Assembly (NCBI GenBank): GCA_963422645.2
Contig: CAXXVO010000012.1
Location: 64,001 to 128,000 of the forward strand
Source of the DNA: Alphaproteobacteria bacterium
GTDB taxonomy: Bacteria > Pseudomonadota > Alphaproteobacteria > UBA828
DNA: 64,000 nt
Reading direction: 5' to 3'
Shown: in pieces, positions 40,605 through 51,917 of the stretch
Position numbering within the stretch: position 1 is the stretch's first letter
Layout: each line of letters starts with the position of its first letter
Notes under the pieces: generated by a model
Databases searched by the model: none
Told to the model about the DNA's origin: nothing
The model's input: only the letters and a program-made list of their open reading frames with translations
Position numbers and translations under genes: made by a program

Positions 40605-43027
40605 CAGACTTCCTGACCTCTGCTGATTTTAGGTGACACGAGCCGCGCGGATTCCGAGGCCCCGTCGATGTCGTAGACTATGCGCAGACGGGTGCCGGGG
40701 AAGACCGTTTCGGTGGCGTTCAGGTCGCTCAGAACCGCATCGATCCAACGGTCGCAGGCGTCGTTTGCGAGGCCAAGAATGTGGACCCGCAGGAGGCCAT
40801 TGCCAGGATCCGGCAGGATGTCGGCATCGGCGGTGAGCAGCGCTTGAAGCAGTTTCCGGGGATGGGGCTTGTGGCCCTGCGCCTGCATGACGGGAAGCAT
40901 CATGCGGGTTTCGGCGCGGTAGGCGATCATCCGGATGACGTCGAGGAGGAGGCGCTCGCGCGCGGGCAAGGCATCGAGCTGCTCGGCTTCGTCGAGGTCG
41001 CCGGCCCGGCAGTGCTTGGGCGTCTCCCTGCGGCTGGCCCTGACGATGTCGCGGACATCCTGGAGGTCCCTGACTTCCCTCCTGAGTTCCGCCGTCGGCT
41101 GCTTCTTCCGGGCCGTGTCGGCGATGCGGTTGCGCAGGCGGCCAAGCTGGCGGTCGAGGCGATGGATTGCCTTGTCATAGGCCCGCCGCAGCGGGTTGAC
41201 GACCATGGCGGCGGGATCGAGAGGCTCGAGCTCGTGGGTCGGCAGGGCGTCGAGATTGAACTCGTCACGCATGTACTTGAAGAAGTTCTCCTGCGACCAG
41301 CGCGAGAACATGGCGCCCGCAACCTCAGCCATCGGCTTGTGCGGATCGGTGGTGATCAGCGGCACCTGACGGCCGTTGTCGAGCAGGCGGCGGATCTGGC
41401 GCACCCTGAAGCCGTTCGGCAACGTCACCGGCTTCTCAGCCAGCCGCATGGTGGCGCTGCCGTCCGCCGCCGGTCCGTGAATGGGAACGGTCATCGCGCC
41501 GAAGTCCTCGGCCGGCCAGTCCTCGCCCCTGAAGTTCTTGTGCCAGGTCAGGCAGGCGACGCCGCGCCTCGCCAGCCGGCGGAACAGATCCGGGCTCCAG
41601 CCCTCGCGGTCGAAGACCAGGGTGAGCGCCGGCTGGCCGGGATGCTCGGCGGTCAGGTCCGGCGCCCCGGCGCCAACGATCCCAAGCTCCTGCAGCGCCG
41701 GCACCACGTCGGCTTCGATGGCCGCGACCATCTTCGGGTCCAGCGGCTTGTGCAGACAGAGCAGCGGCTTGCCGCCCAGAGCGTTGATCCAGTAGCTGGC
41801 GCTCGCCGGCAGGCACAGCTTCTCGCGCGAGACGAAGTGCTTGGGCAAGCGCCCCTTGCGGCCGGAGTAGACCTTGACGTGCCCGTCGATGGCCAGCGTC
41901 GCCCAGAGCTCCGGCTCGTCGGCGCCTGCCAGCGCCTGGCAAGGGCGAGCTGCCACGCCCGCACGCCGGCCTCGTCGTCGGCGATGAGAGCGATCTTGCG
42001 GCGCAGCGTCTTGACCTCGGGGCAGCGATCGAGGCCGAGAATGGCGCCCCATTCGCCCGGCGCCTGGTAGCGCAGGCTCTCGGGGTTGCGCACCCGCGCC
42101 AAGGTCATGAAGGCCAGGAAGAGCAGGATCGTAGGCAAGCCGTAATAGCCCTTCGGCAGCAATGGCAGGAGACCGGTCTCGGAGAGAAGACCTTCCTTCA
42201 GCAGGGCCGGCAGGGCGGCGAGCACGCCGCCGAAGCGGACACCGCGGGCGGCGGCGGCGAACTGCGGTTCGACCGGCCCCGCCTGTCCACAACTGGCCAG
42301 AACCCGAGCCGGAACATCGCAAGTCGCACGCCCCATCGGCGCCTGCCGGTCCCGCCGATCGCGCGCGCTGCGATCCGTTTGCGGCTGCGCTTCCAGCCCC
42401 GGCGCCGTCTCCGGCCCCGGGGCACCGGTACTCTCTTCATCGACACGGCCTTCAGGAGCCGCACCCGCGTCAGGCGGCGCAGCCAGCGCTGAGCGTCCGG
42501 GCTCCCCATCCGCCTCCGTGTTGCCGATCAGTCCCTGACGGCGCCACTTGTTGACCGATGGCGCTGACACGCCGAGAACCCGGGCCGCCGCAGAGCCGCT
42601 CAGGCCCGATGCCAGCAACGCCGTCGCCTTCTCCGCCAACTCCGGAGTGAACACCGACGGCCCGCGACCGCGCCGGGGCTTCATGAACCCCGCTTCGCCC
42701 TCGGCCAGGTAGCGCCGTCGTGCGCGCTGCACCGTCGCGCGCGAGACAGCGAAAGCGTCAGCCAGTTCCTGCGGCGAGACCGCGCTGATCGCCGCGAGGC
42801 GGCCGATCCGCAAGAGCATGGCCGTGCGGTCATCGGCGGCGTGGCTGTCAAATTGGGAGGGTACTGGGCATGGTTGAGACCCCGTGCAATTGGTATCAAA
42901 TTATAATATCAGACCTCGGGCGCGACACCCAGCGAAAAACCGCCTGAAACAACCGAAATGTATCAGAATTCAAGGAGTTCCCGGCACGCTGCCCAGAACA
43001 GCCAGCATCACGAGGTCAGGAAGTCTG
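40605..43027 (-). mobile_element. Large DDE IS, copy 1 (5' deletion and frameshift)
   Basis: IR CAGACTTCCTGACCTC at both ends; TSD AACCT. Confidence 0.9.
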
Positions 43028-43137
43028 AACCTATACAGTCAAGCGGGGATCAACGACGCGCCGACGGCGAAACGGCACCGACGGCAAGCAACATCAGCAC
43101 GCACTCAGAACTGGCGGCGGGGTACCTGGGTAGTTAC

Positions 43138-44359
43138 ATTCGAAGTACATCGTGCTCTGGGCGATCAACACCATCAGCACCAATCTGCACCATTGGCCCT
43201 TCATCGCGGAGGCCCAGCGCCGCGGCGCCAAGGTGGTCGTGATCGATCCGGTCGCGACGCGCACGGCCAAGCAGGCCGATTGGCACTTGCCCATCACGCC
43301 CGGCACCGATGCCGCGCTGGCGCTCGGCATGATCAACGTGATCATCGCGGAAGACCTGGTCGATCACGACTATGTCGAGAAGTACACGCTGGGCTACGAC
43401 GAGCTGAAGGAGCGCGCGGCGAGCTTCCCGCCGGACGCGGTCGCGGAGATCACCGGGATTGCGGCCGACGACATCCGCACGCTCGCGCGCGAATTCGCCA
43501 CCACACAGCCTTCCGTCATCCGCATGGGGGTCGCCATCGAGCGCAATGCCTCCGGCGGCAACGCCGTGCGCGCCATGTCCTGCATCCCCGCTCTGGTCGG
43601 CTCGTGGCGCCATTGCGGCGGCGGCATCCTGCACATGCCGATCTGGGCGTTCCCGGTGAAATGGGACGACTTGAGCCGGGGCGACTGGATTCGCGAGGGC
43701 ACGCCGGTGGTCAATCAATGGCGGCTCGGTGCGGCGCTGGCGGGCGAGCTCGAGCACAAGGTCAACTCGCTCTTCGTCTACAACTCGAACCCGGTGGTGG
43801 TGGTGCCGGAGCAGGACAAGGTGCTGCAGGGCCTCGCGCGCGAGAATCTTTTCACCGTGGTCAGCGAGCACTTCATCACCGATACCGCGCGCTACGCCGA
43901 CATCGTGCTGCCGGCCACAACGCAGCTCGAGCAGTTCGACGTCATGTTCTCCTGGGGGCACCTCTACCTCACGCTCAACGTGCCGGCGATCGCGCCGCTC
44001 GGCGACTCGGTGCCCAACACCGAGATGTTCCGCCGCCTGGCCCGCGCGATGGGCTTCAACGATCCCTATTGGGATCGGACGGACGAGGAGATGGCGCAGG
44101 ACGCGCTGGACTGGAGCAACCCCGTGCTCGAGGGGATCGATCTCGACGGCCTGCGCAAGACCGGCTACGCCCGCCTCAAGGTCGGCTCGCCGGAGGAGTT
44201 CGTCCCGCACCGCGAGGGCAACTTCCCGACGCCTTCCGGCAAGGTCGAGTTCAAGTCCTCCATGGCCGAGGGCGTCGGCAACATGGTGTTGCCGCTCTTC
44301 CGCCAGGGCCATGCCGCCGATCAGTCGGGCGAGGCGCTGGATCCCTTGCCCAACTTCAT
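43138..44359 (+). pseudogene. Molybdopterin oxidoreductase, middle fragment
   Basis: VVVIDPV, PGTDAALALG, TDTARYADIVLPAT. Confidence 0.88.
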
Positions 44360-44456
44360 GTAACTGCCCAGGTCGTCTGATTTGTCATTTTGGGCCAGTG
44401 GATTGAGGCGTTTCTCGTTCGGAGTTGGTGGAAAGGGCTTGACGGGAATTTCGGGA

Positions 44457-45507
44457 ACCGCTTATGCACATGGCTCCGGTTCGATCAACATGCTGTAGGT
44501 AAGGGGTTTTGCATTGGTGGCGATGCGGAAGAGCGAGCGGAAAGCAGCGTGGCGGGTTTTGCGGCGGTTGAAGCGAAAGGCGAACTCATCGAGATAGGCC
44601 TGCAGATGCTTGCGGCGCAGCCCGTGGTAGACGCCTCGCGCCCATCCTTTGAGGTTGGAGAAGACTTGGTGGATCCACGGCAGGACGAGGTGAGCGGCGG
44701 TCTTCCCGACGACATGGACATTGTGGCGATCGGCGGGGACCGCAGCGTAGCCGGACCAGCCGTCGGTTTTCGCGATGGCGTCGGGATCGGCGGCGGTTTC
44801 GACGAAGTGTCCGAGGTCGGCGGCGCCGTAGGAGGAGATTTCGGCCAGCCGCAGGCGGCCCGGGATGGTTCCATCCCCCAGTTCGATGGCGCCGACGATG
44901 AGCATCTTGCCGTCGTGGCTGCGTCCTTGCCCTCCGGTGGGAGGATCGTCTTTGGTCCGGAATGGAAGGCTGGCCTCGTCGATTTCCACCAGGCCCGACA
45001 ACGGGTTGCGCTCGGGGTCGACCATGCTGGCGCGCAGCTTGTGGGCGAGCAGCCAAGCGCTGCGGTAAGAGCCGATACCGAGCTGTTTCTGGAGCTGCAG
45101 GGCAGAGATGCCGTTGGAGTGGGTCGCCATCAGGTAGGCGGCCCAGAACCAGACGGTGAGCGGCAGCTTGCTGGCGTGCAGGATCGTCCCGGCCGTCACC
45201 GAGGTCTGCCGGCGGCAGCCGGCGCACTCGAAGGTGTGTGCTTTTCTGCGCAGCGCCCATCCCTTTTCATGGCCGCACGCGGGACAGACGAAGCCGTCCG
45301 GCCAGCGCATTTCGATCAGCCAGGCGGCGCAGGCGTCATCGTCCGGGAACATGTGCTGGAAGGCGAGGAGGCTGTCGGCGACCTGTTTCATGTGGTGGCT
45401 CCGTCGGCAGGAACGTATAGGCAACATTCTACCCGTTCTCCCGCCCTAACCTCAACCTCAACATCTGGTGGCAAACTCTCGCGACCGGAGCCATGTGCAT
45501 AAGCGGT
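44457..45507 (-). mobile_element. IS1595-family element nested in IS66
   Basis: IR ACCGCTTATGCACATGGCTCCGGT; TSD TTTCGGGA. Confidence 0.92.
44462..45427 (-). CDS. IS1595 transposase
   Basis: RWPDGFVCPAC Zn ribbon, VEIDE, TDG, YLDEFAFRFNRR. Confidence 0.93.
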   Translation of the reverse strand: MLPIRSCRRSHHMKQVADSLLAFQHMFPDDDACAAWLIEMRWPDGFVCPACGHEKGWALRRKAHTFECAGCRRQTSVTAGTILHASKLPLTVWFWAAYLMATHSNGISALQLQKQLGIGSYRSAWLLAHKLRASMVDPERNPLSGLVEIDEASLPFRTKDDPPTGGQGRSHDGKMLIVGAIELGDGTIPGRLRLAEISSYGAADLGHFVETAADPDAIAKTDGWSGYAAVPADRHNVHVVGKTAAHLVLPWIHQVFSNLKGWARGVYHGLRRKHLQAYLDEFAFRFNRRKTRHAAFRSLFRIATNAKPLTYSMLIEPEPCA

Positions 45508-45532
45508 TTTCGGGAAATGACTCAACAACGAC

Positions 45533-47039
45533 ATGAGCAATCCCGAGTCGCCGCGCGGCCCTTCGACGGGAGCAGCGCCCGAAACGCCCGCGCAGAAGAT
45601 CGCCCGCCTGGAGGAGGAGAACGCCCGGCTTCGGGAGGAAAATGCCTGGCTTCGGCAGCAGAACGCGCGGCTGGAAGAGCAAGTCGCGCGTCTCGTCGAG
45701 CGCATCGAGGAGTTGGAGCGCCGTCTCGGCCTCAACAGCGGCAACAGCGGCAAGCCGCCTTCGAGCGATGGGCTGAGGAAGCCGAATTCGAAGCGGCGAA
45801 CCCGAAGCCTGCGCGGCAAATCGGGCCGCAAGCCCGGTGGCCAGCCCGGCCACAAGGGCAAGACGCTGCGCCGCGCCGATCACCCGGATCGGGTGAAGGA
45901 TCACGTCCCGGCTTCCTGCAAGGGATGCGGTTCGCCGCTTTCGGACGCGGCCAGGGCGGGAACGCCCGTCGCCCGCCAGGTGTTCGATCTGCCCGAGCCG
46001 AGCCCCCTGGAGGTGACCGAGCACCGGGCGCATGCCAAGTGCTGCGGGCATTGCGGGACGGTGACCCGGGCGGCGTTCCCCGACGGGGTGTCGGCGCCGG
46101 TGCAGTACGGCCCGCGCATTGCCGGGGTGGCGGTCTACCTTCAGCACGCTCACTTCCTGCCGGAGGATCGGCTGTCGCAGGTGATGGCCGAGCTCTTCGG
46201 CGCGCCGGTGACGGCTGCGACGTTGGCGACGATGAGCGAGAGGGCGGCCGAGCGGCTTGCGGGACGCGGCCTTGCACATACAGGACCTGGCGGCGGGCAC
46301 GGCGCGGGTGAAACACATGGACGAGACCGGCTTGCGGATCGGCGGTCAGACGCAGTGGCTTCATGTGATCTGCACGCCGCTGCTGGCGGCGTACCGGGTC
46401 AGCGGCAAGCGCGGCGCCCTGCTCTCGGGTGTCTCCGGCATCGTCGTGCACGATCACTGGAAGCCGTACTTCGCGATGGAAGGGGTGGAGCACGGCCTGT
46501 GCAACGCCCATCACCTGCGGGAGTTGCAGGCGCTGGTGGACATCGAAGGGGAGGCTTGGGCCCGGCGGATGCAGCAGCTCCTGCGCCGAGCCAATCGCGC
46601 CGCCCGCATCGCGCTGGACAAGGATATCGCCGTTCCGGCGAGGCTTGTGGCGCTGATCGAGCGCCGATACGACGAGATCATCGCCGATGCGCTGGCCTTT
46701 CACGAGAGCCAACCACCGTTCTCGCCTGGCAAGAGGAAGAAGCGCCGGAAGCGAAGGATCGGTCACAATCCGGCCTTGAGGCTGCGCGACCACAAATGCG
46801 CGGTGCTCCGGTTCCTGATCGACCTCGAGGTCGGGTTCACGAACAACGAGGCCGAGCGCGACCTTCGGATGATGAAGCTGCGCCAGAAGATCTCCGGGGG
46901 CTTCCGGTCCGCGCAGGGGGCCGAGAACTTCGCCATCCTGCGCAGCGTCATCACCACCGCCAGAAAGCAGGGCTGGAATATCATCGAAGCCCTGACCAGC
47001 CCATCGGATCGGCTCATCGCCACCGTCAAGTGCGCGTAA
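45533..47039 (+). pseudogene. IS66 transposase with a frameshift near 46260-46280
   Basis: Two overlapping frames together give the full motif set. Confidence 0.85.
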
Positions 47040-47307
47040 GCTCACCTGGCACGGGTTCTCCAACAGCGGAGCCATTCTCATAAACGATCATGGTCGACGC
47101 CGTGCTGGACCACCCCATAGAATGAAAATCGGTGCCCGTCGCGCGGGCGGACTTCGGGCCACATCGGGGTAGCTTACCGGTCGCAGTCCGCAAGAGGGGC
47201 ATCGTGAGCTGTGAAACCCGGCGACCCCAGAGGAGCACACGGGCGTCGCGTGGGTAGCGTTGTGCCGAATCCCAGAGAATTTTCACAGCAAGAACCTGGG
47301 CAGTTAC

Positions 47308-47721
47308 AACTTCATTCCGCGCAATGAATCGGCGGAGACCAGCCCCGAGCTCGCCGCGCGCTACCCGCTCAGCATGCTGTCGCCGAAGCCTCACGCCTTC
47401 CTCAACTCGTCCTTCGCCAACATGCCGACCCAGCTGCACCATGCCGGCGAGCAGTTGGTGATGATCAATCCGGGCGATGCGGGCACCCGCGGCATTGCCG
47501 ACGGCGACACGGTGCGTGTCTACAACGATCGAGGCACCTTCGAGGCGATGGCGCGGGTGAGCGAAGACGCGAGCCCCGGGGTCGTGGTCGCGCCGCTCGG
47601 CTACTGGGCGGAGCGCAGCCCAAACGGCCGCACGGTGAACGCGATCAACCCACCGGCCTTCGCCGACTACGGCAACGCGCCGACCTTCTCAGACACTCTG
47701 GTCGAGATAAGCGCCGCGTAG
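47308..47721 (+). pseudogene. Molybdopterin oxidoreductase C-terminal dinucleotide-binding fragment
   Basis: Restored frame PLPNFIPRNES; INPGDA..RGIADGD. Confidence 0.88.
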
Positions 47722-47770
47722 TCGGGACTGGCGCCTCGACCCGACGCGGTAGTGGCGACCGCCGCGAAGG

Positions 47771-48943
47771 TCAGAGCAACGGGTTGTCGCTTTCCAGGCC
47801 GAGCGCGAGCCGGCCGTAGGTGAGGGCGTTGGGGTCCCAGGTCTGGGTGATGTGGGCCGAGCCCGCGTGGATGTCGCGGAAGGCACGCGAGAGCGGGTTG
47901 CGGTCGTAGACCCCGCCGCCGCCGCTTGCAGCCGTGATCAAATCCACCGCCTGACAGCAGAGCTTGGCGGCGTAGGCCCCTTCGGCCCGGTAGCGGGCGC
48001 GGGCCTCGGCATCCGGTAGCGCGCCGCCCTCGGCGATCGCCGTCGCCTCGTCGCAGTTGCCGAGATAGATGCGCCGCGCGGTCGCCACGGCGGCGCGTGC
48101 CTCGGCGATCTTGACGTGGATGGTGCCGAGCTCGGCGAGCCGCTGGCCCGAATAGTGCGCGGCGCGCGTGCGGGTGGCCTCGACATAGCCCTCCACCGCC
48201 CCCTCGGCGATACCGAGCACCGCGGCGCCGACCCAGGTGAAGAACATGGCGAAGAGCGGCAGCCGATAGACCGCGCCGGTGTTCACCGCGTTGCCGGGTG
48301 CGGCGCCGTGGCGGGTGTCCGATGCGTCGATGGTGCGGTATTCGGGCACGAACACGTCGTCCACAGCCGCGTCGTTGCTGCCGGTGCCGCGCAGGCCCGA
48401 GGCGTGCCAGGTGTCGAGGATGGTATAGTCGTCCTTCGGCACCAGGAAGATGCGGAACTCCTGCGGCTCCTTGTCCGTCACCATGGCGGCGAAGAAATTG
48501 GCGCAGGCGTGGTCGATGCCGCTGCCGAAGGGCCAGCGCCCGTTGAGGCGATAGCCGCCGACCTCCCGCGTCGCCTTGCCGCAGGGGAAGATCAGGTTGC
48601 CCGTGAGCAGCGCGTCCTTGTCCGCGTCCCAAATCTCGCTCTGCGCTCGCTCGGGCCAGAGCGCGAGCTTGAAGGTGCAGCTCGCGAGGTTGCAGTAGAC
48701 CCAGCCGGTGGAGGCGCAACCGCGGGAAAGCAGCGCCACGATCTCCATCATCGTGCGGTAGCCCACCTCGGAGCCGCCGAGACGCGAGGGCAGCGTCGCC
48801 CGTATCAGGCCGCTGTCTACGAGATCGGCGATGGATTCGTCGGGGATGCGCCGCAGGGCCTCGGCCTCCGGCACACGCTCGCGCAGCGCAGGGATCAGCG
48901 CTTCCGCGCGGACGAGAAGCGTCTCCCGGTCGAGCGCCGCCAT
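47771..48943 (-). CDS. Flavin-dependent monooxygenase, acyl-CoA dehydrogenase fold (HsaA-like)
   Basis: GRWPFGSG, GLRGTGSND, RAFRDIHA. Confidence 0.85.
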   Translation of the reverse strand: MAALDRETLLVRAEALIPALRERVPEAEALRRIPDESIADLVDSGLIRATLPSRLGGSEVGYRTMMEIVALLSRGCASTGWVYCNLASCTFKLALWPERAQSEIWDADKDALLTGNLIFPCGKATREVGGYRLNGRWPFGSGIDHACANFFAAMVTDKEPQEFRIFLVPKDDYTILDTWHASGLRGTGSNDAAVDDVFVPEYRTIDASDTRHGAAPGNAVNTGAVYRLPLFAMFFTWVGAAVLGIAEGAVEGYVEATRTRAAHYSGQRLAELGTIHVKIAEARAAVATARRIYLGNCDEATAIAEGGALPDAEARARYRAEGAYAAKLCCQAVDLITAASGGGGVYDRNPLSRAFRDIHAGSAHITQTWDPNALTYGRLALGLESDNPLL

Positions 48944-48958
48944 CGCGCTTCGGCGGGG

Positions 48959-50233
48959 CTACTCGGCTGCGGCCTGCTGCACGACCCTCTGCCGCGCCTG
49001 GGGCGGCTTGTGATAGGCGCCGTCCTTCATGACCATGAGGATGTTCGCTTCGTCCTGGAAGAGCGTCAGGTCGGCGAGGGGGTTGCCGTCGATCAGCAGC
49101 AGGTCGGCGAGGCAGCCGGGCTTGATCCGGCCCAGCTCGTCCGGCGCAGCGAAGGCCTGGGCGCCGTAGTGGGTGGCAGCGCGCAGGATCTCGTAGGGCT
49201 TCATGCCGAGGTAGTTGGTGAAGTGCTCGAAGTCCCGCGCCATCTGGCCGTGGGGCGTCCAGGGGAAGCCGTAGTCGCCGAAGGGCAGCACCTTGATCCC
49301 GCGGGCGTGCATCTTCTTCAGCGTCTGGGCCCCGATCTCGAGCTCGCGGAGGAAGCCCCAGGACTCGGCCTCCTCAGGCGAGATGCCGAAATCGCCGGCC
49401 TCGTAGGCGGTCGCGTGGGTGAAGCCGATGGCCGGCACCACCCAGTGCTTGTCCTTGTGCTCCTCCAGCAGGTCGAGGGATTCCTCGTCCGCGTAGGTCG
49501 CGTGATAGATCAGCTCGATCCCGTACTTGACGCAGAGCCGGATCGATTCCGGGTTGCGCGCGTGCGCGGCGAGCCGGCGGCCCCGCTGGTGCGCCACGCG
49601 AGCGCCGGCGGCGATCTCGTCCTCGTCCATCGCGCTCTGGGTGGCATCGCAGGCGCCCGGAATCAGGTGATCGCCCGACGGCATGAGCTTGATGATGTCC
49701 ACGCCTTCGCGGACCAGCATGCGGCAGGCCTGGCGGATCTCCTCGGTCCCGTCGGCCAAGAGCGAGAGGTCGTTCTTGTAGTAGTGCAGCATGCGCTGGT
49801 CGCCGAGGCCGCCGGTGACCGTGATCTCCGGCGAGCACGCGCGGTAGCGTGGGCCGGGGATGCGGCCTGCGTCGATCTCGTTCCGGATCACGACATCGAG
49901 GCGGGTCTTCGCCGCGCCCGCGCCCACCGCCGCCGTCACGCCGTGGTCGATGATCGTCCTGGCGTTGTGCATGGTGATGAGCGTGTGTTCCTCGGGCGGA
50001 ATCTCGGACATCGATTGCGGTCCGGTGTAGCTCATGTGGCAGTGCGCGTTGACGAGGCCCGGCATCAGCGTCGCGCCCTCGCCGTCCACCACCGCAGCGC
50101 CCCGCCGCGACAGCTTCTGGCCGTTCCTCGCGACCTTCTCGATGCGGTTGCCCTGAATCGACACCTCGCCCCGATAGGGCCTCTTGCCGGTGCCGTCATA
50201 GATGCTGATGTTGGTGAAGACGGTGCGCGCCAT
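48959..50233 (-). CDS. Metal-dependent amidohydrolase
   Basis: PGLVNAHCH, AAHAR, GRIKPGCLADLL. Confidence 0.88.
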   Translation of the reverse strand: MARTVFTNISIYDGTGKRPYRGEVSIQGNRIEKVARNGQKLSRRGAAVVDGEGATLMPGLVNAHCHMSYTGPQSMSEIPPEEHTLITMHNARTIIDHGVTAAVGAGAAKTRLDVVIRNEIDAGRIPGPRYRACSPEITVTGGLGDQRMLHYYKNDLSLLADGTEEIRQACRMLVREGVDIIKLMPSGDHLIPGACDATQSAMDEDEIAAGARVAHQRGRRLAAHARNPESIRLCVKYGIELIYHATYADEESLDLLEEHKDKHWVVPAIGFTHATAYEAGDFGISPEEAESWGFLRELEIGAQTLKKMHARGIKVLPFGDYGFPWTPHGQMARDFEHFTNYLGMKPYEILRAATHYGAQAFAAPDELGRIKPGCLADLLLIDGNPLADLTLFQDEANILMVMKDGAYHKPPQARQRVVQQAAAE

Positions 50234-50395
50234 GTCCCCTTCCTCCCTGAGTACCATGATCGCAGAATCTCTTATGCTCGCGCGAAGCCGCGCGCCCGTC
50301 AATGAACGCGAGGCGCTCGCACACCGGGGGCTTGACGGGTGCCGCCAAGGGGCGCCATATCGTCTGTGACCCCGCGAGCGGGAGAAGGCTGCACG

Positions 50396-50815
50396 ATGGC
50401 TCCGACACGCAGGGATGTCTTGCTGCTCAGCGCCTCCGCCACCGCGGTTGCGCTCCTTCCTGCCGGTGCGGCCGAAGCCTCGAAGGGCGTCTGGCAGGCC
50501 ATCGACGAATTCACGGGCGGCGCGCTGCGCCTGGAAGGCGGCGTGCTGCTCGATGCGCCGGAGATCTTCGACAACGGCGGCGCCGTGCCGATCCGGGTCG
50601 TGGCCGAGGGCGCTCGGCGCATCGCGCTCTTCAACGACGGCAACCCGAATCCCGGCGTCGCGGTCTTCACGTTCGGGAGGCTGGTGACGCCGGAAGCCAC
50701 CATCCGCATCCGGCTGGCCCAGAGCCAGACCGTCTATGCGGTGGCGGAGATGGAGGACGGCACGTTCTACCAGGCCACCCAGAAGATCGCGGTGACGGTC
50801 GGCGGCTGCGGCTGA
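50396..50815 (+). CDS. soxY: Sulfur carrier SoxY
   Basis: Tat signal TRRDVL; C-terminal VTVGGCG. Confidence 0.88.
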   Translation: MAPTRRDVLLLSASATAVALLPAGAAEASKGVWQAIDEFTGGALRLEGGVLLDAPEIFDNGGAVPIRVVAEGARRIALFNDGNPNPGVAVFTFGRLVTPEATIRIRLAQSQTVYAVAEMEDGTFYQATQKIAVTVGGCG

Positions 50816-50825
50816 GGAGCGGGCA

Positions 50826-51152
50826 ATGGCTGAACCCACGCCGCGCGTGAAGCTGCCGAGGTCGATCGAGCCGGGCGTCCCCTTCACGATCAAGACCCGG
50901 ATCACCCATCCGATGCACACCGGCGAGCGCCACGACAGCGAGGGCGCGCTCGTGCCCCGCCGGATCATCAACCGCTTCGTGGTGAGCTACAACGGCGAGG
51001 TGGCGATTTCCGTCAACCTGGAGCCGGCGGTCTCGGCCGATCCCTACATTCAATTCGAGATGGCGGTCCCGGGCTCGGGCCTTCTGGAGTTCCGGTGGTT
51101 CGACGATGACGGCTCGGTCTACAGCCTTCAAAAGCGGATCGACCTCGGCTAG
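50826..51152 (+). CDS. soxZ: SoxZ
   Basis: ITHPMHTG, PAVSADPY, WFDDDG. Confidence 0.9.
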   Translation: MAEPTPRVKLPRSIEPGVPFTIKTRITHPMHTGERHDSEGALVPRRIINRFVVSYNGEVAISVNLEPAVSADPYIQFEMAVPGSGLLEFRWFDDDGSVYSLQKRIDLG

Positions 51153-51159
51153 GGCCACC

Positions 51160-51900
51160 GTGGGACACCGGCCGTGGAGCGCTGGTGTTGCGGCGTGTCT
51201 CGCCTCCGGGCTGCTCGCCGTGGCACTTCTGCTGGTACTCCCCGCCGCCGACGCATGGGGAAGCGACGCCGAGCGCGGCAAGGCGCTCTTCGGCCAATGC
51301 AAGCGCTGCCATCAGGTGGGCAGCGGCGCGGAACACCGGATCGGCCCGCACCTCAACGATGTCTTCGGCCGCGCGGCCGGCGCGCTCGCGGACTATCGCT
51401 ACTCCAAGGCGATGCAGGAAGCCGGCGCCGGCGGCCTGGTCTGGAGCGAGACGGCGCTCGATGCGTTCCTCGCCGACCCGCCCGCTCTCGTGCCGCGCTC
51501 GCGCATGAGTTTTGGGGGCATGGAAGGAGCGGAGGACAGGGCGGACCTCCTGGCGTGGCTGCGCGGCTTTTCGGGTGCCCACACCGATTCCTCACCGGCG
51601 GAGCCCACCGCCACGCCCGAGGAATACGGCCTCGACCCGCAGATCCTCGCCATCGAGGGAGACCCCGAATACGGCGCCTATCTCGCAGGCGAATGCATCA
51701 CCTGCCACCAGGTAGACGGCGCCGCCGAGGGCATCCCATCGATAACCGGATGGCCGCTCGATGACTTCGTGATAGCCTTGCAAGCGTACAGGCACGGAAA
51801 GAGGGAGCATCCCGTCATGCAGATGGTGGCCGGACGCCTCTCGGACGAGGAGATCGCTGCCCTCGCCGCGCATTTCCACAGGGCGGAAGACAGCCCGTGA
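51160..51900 (+). CDS. soxE: Diheme cytochrome c (SoxE-like)
   Basis: CKRCH and CITCH. Confidence 0.8.
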   Translation: MGHRPWSAGVAACLASGLLAVALLLVLPAADAWGSDAERGKALFGQCKRCHQVGSGAEHRIGPHLNDVFGRAAGALADYRYSKAMQEAGAGGLVWSETALDAFLADPPALVPRSRMSFGGMEGAEDRADLLAWLRGFSGAHTDSSPAEPTATPEEYGLDPQILAIEGDPEYGAYLAGECITCHQVDGAAEGIPSITGWPLDDFVIALQAYRHGKREHPVMQMVAGRLSDEEIAALAAHFHRAEDSP

Positions 51901-51917
51901 GCCAGGGGAACCACGTC

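Larger units (their letters stand above)
38249..43137 (-). mobile_element. IS66-family single-ORF element with methylase passenger and nested IS
   Basis: IRs GTAACTGCCCAGGT / ACCTGGGTAGTTAC; flanks GACAATCT vs ATTCGAAG (no TSD). Confidence 0.85.
44360..47307 (+). mobile_element. IS66-family single-ORF element
   Basis: Perfect 14-bp IR GTAACTGCCCAGGT; 8-bp TSD AACTTCAT. Confidence 0.93.

Noticed and set aside
46257-46285. Programmed frameshift in the IS66 transposase
   Set aside because: No slippery A-run is visible; mutation or sequencing error is more likely.
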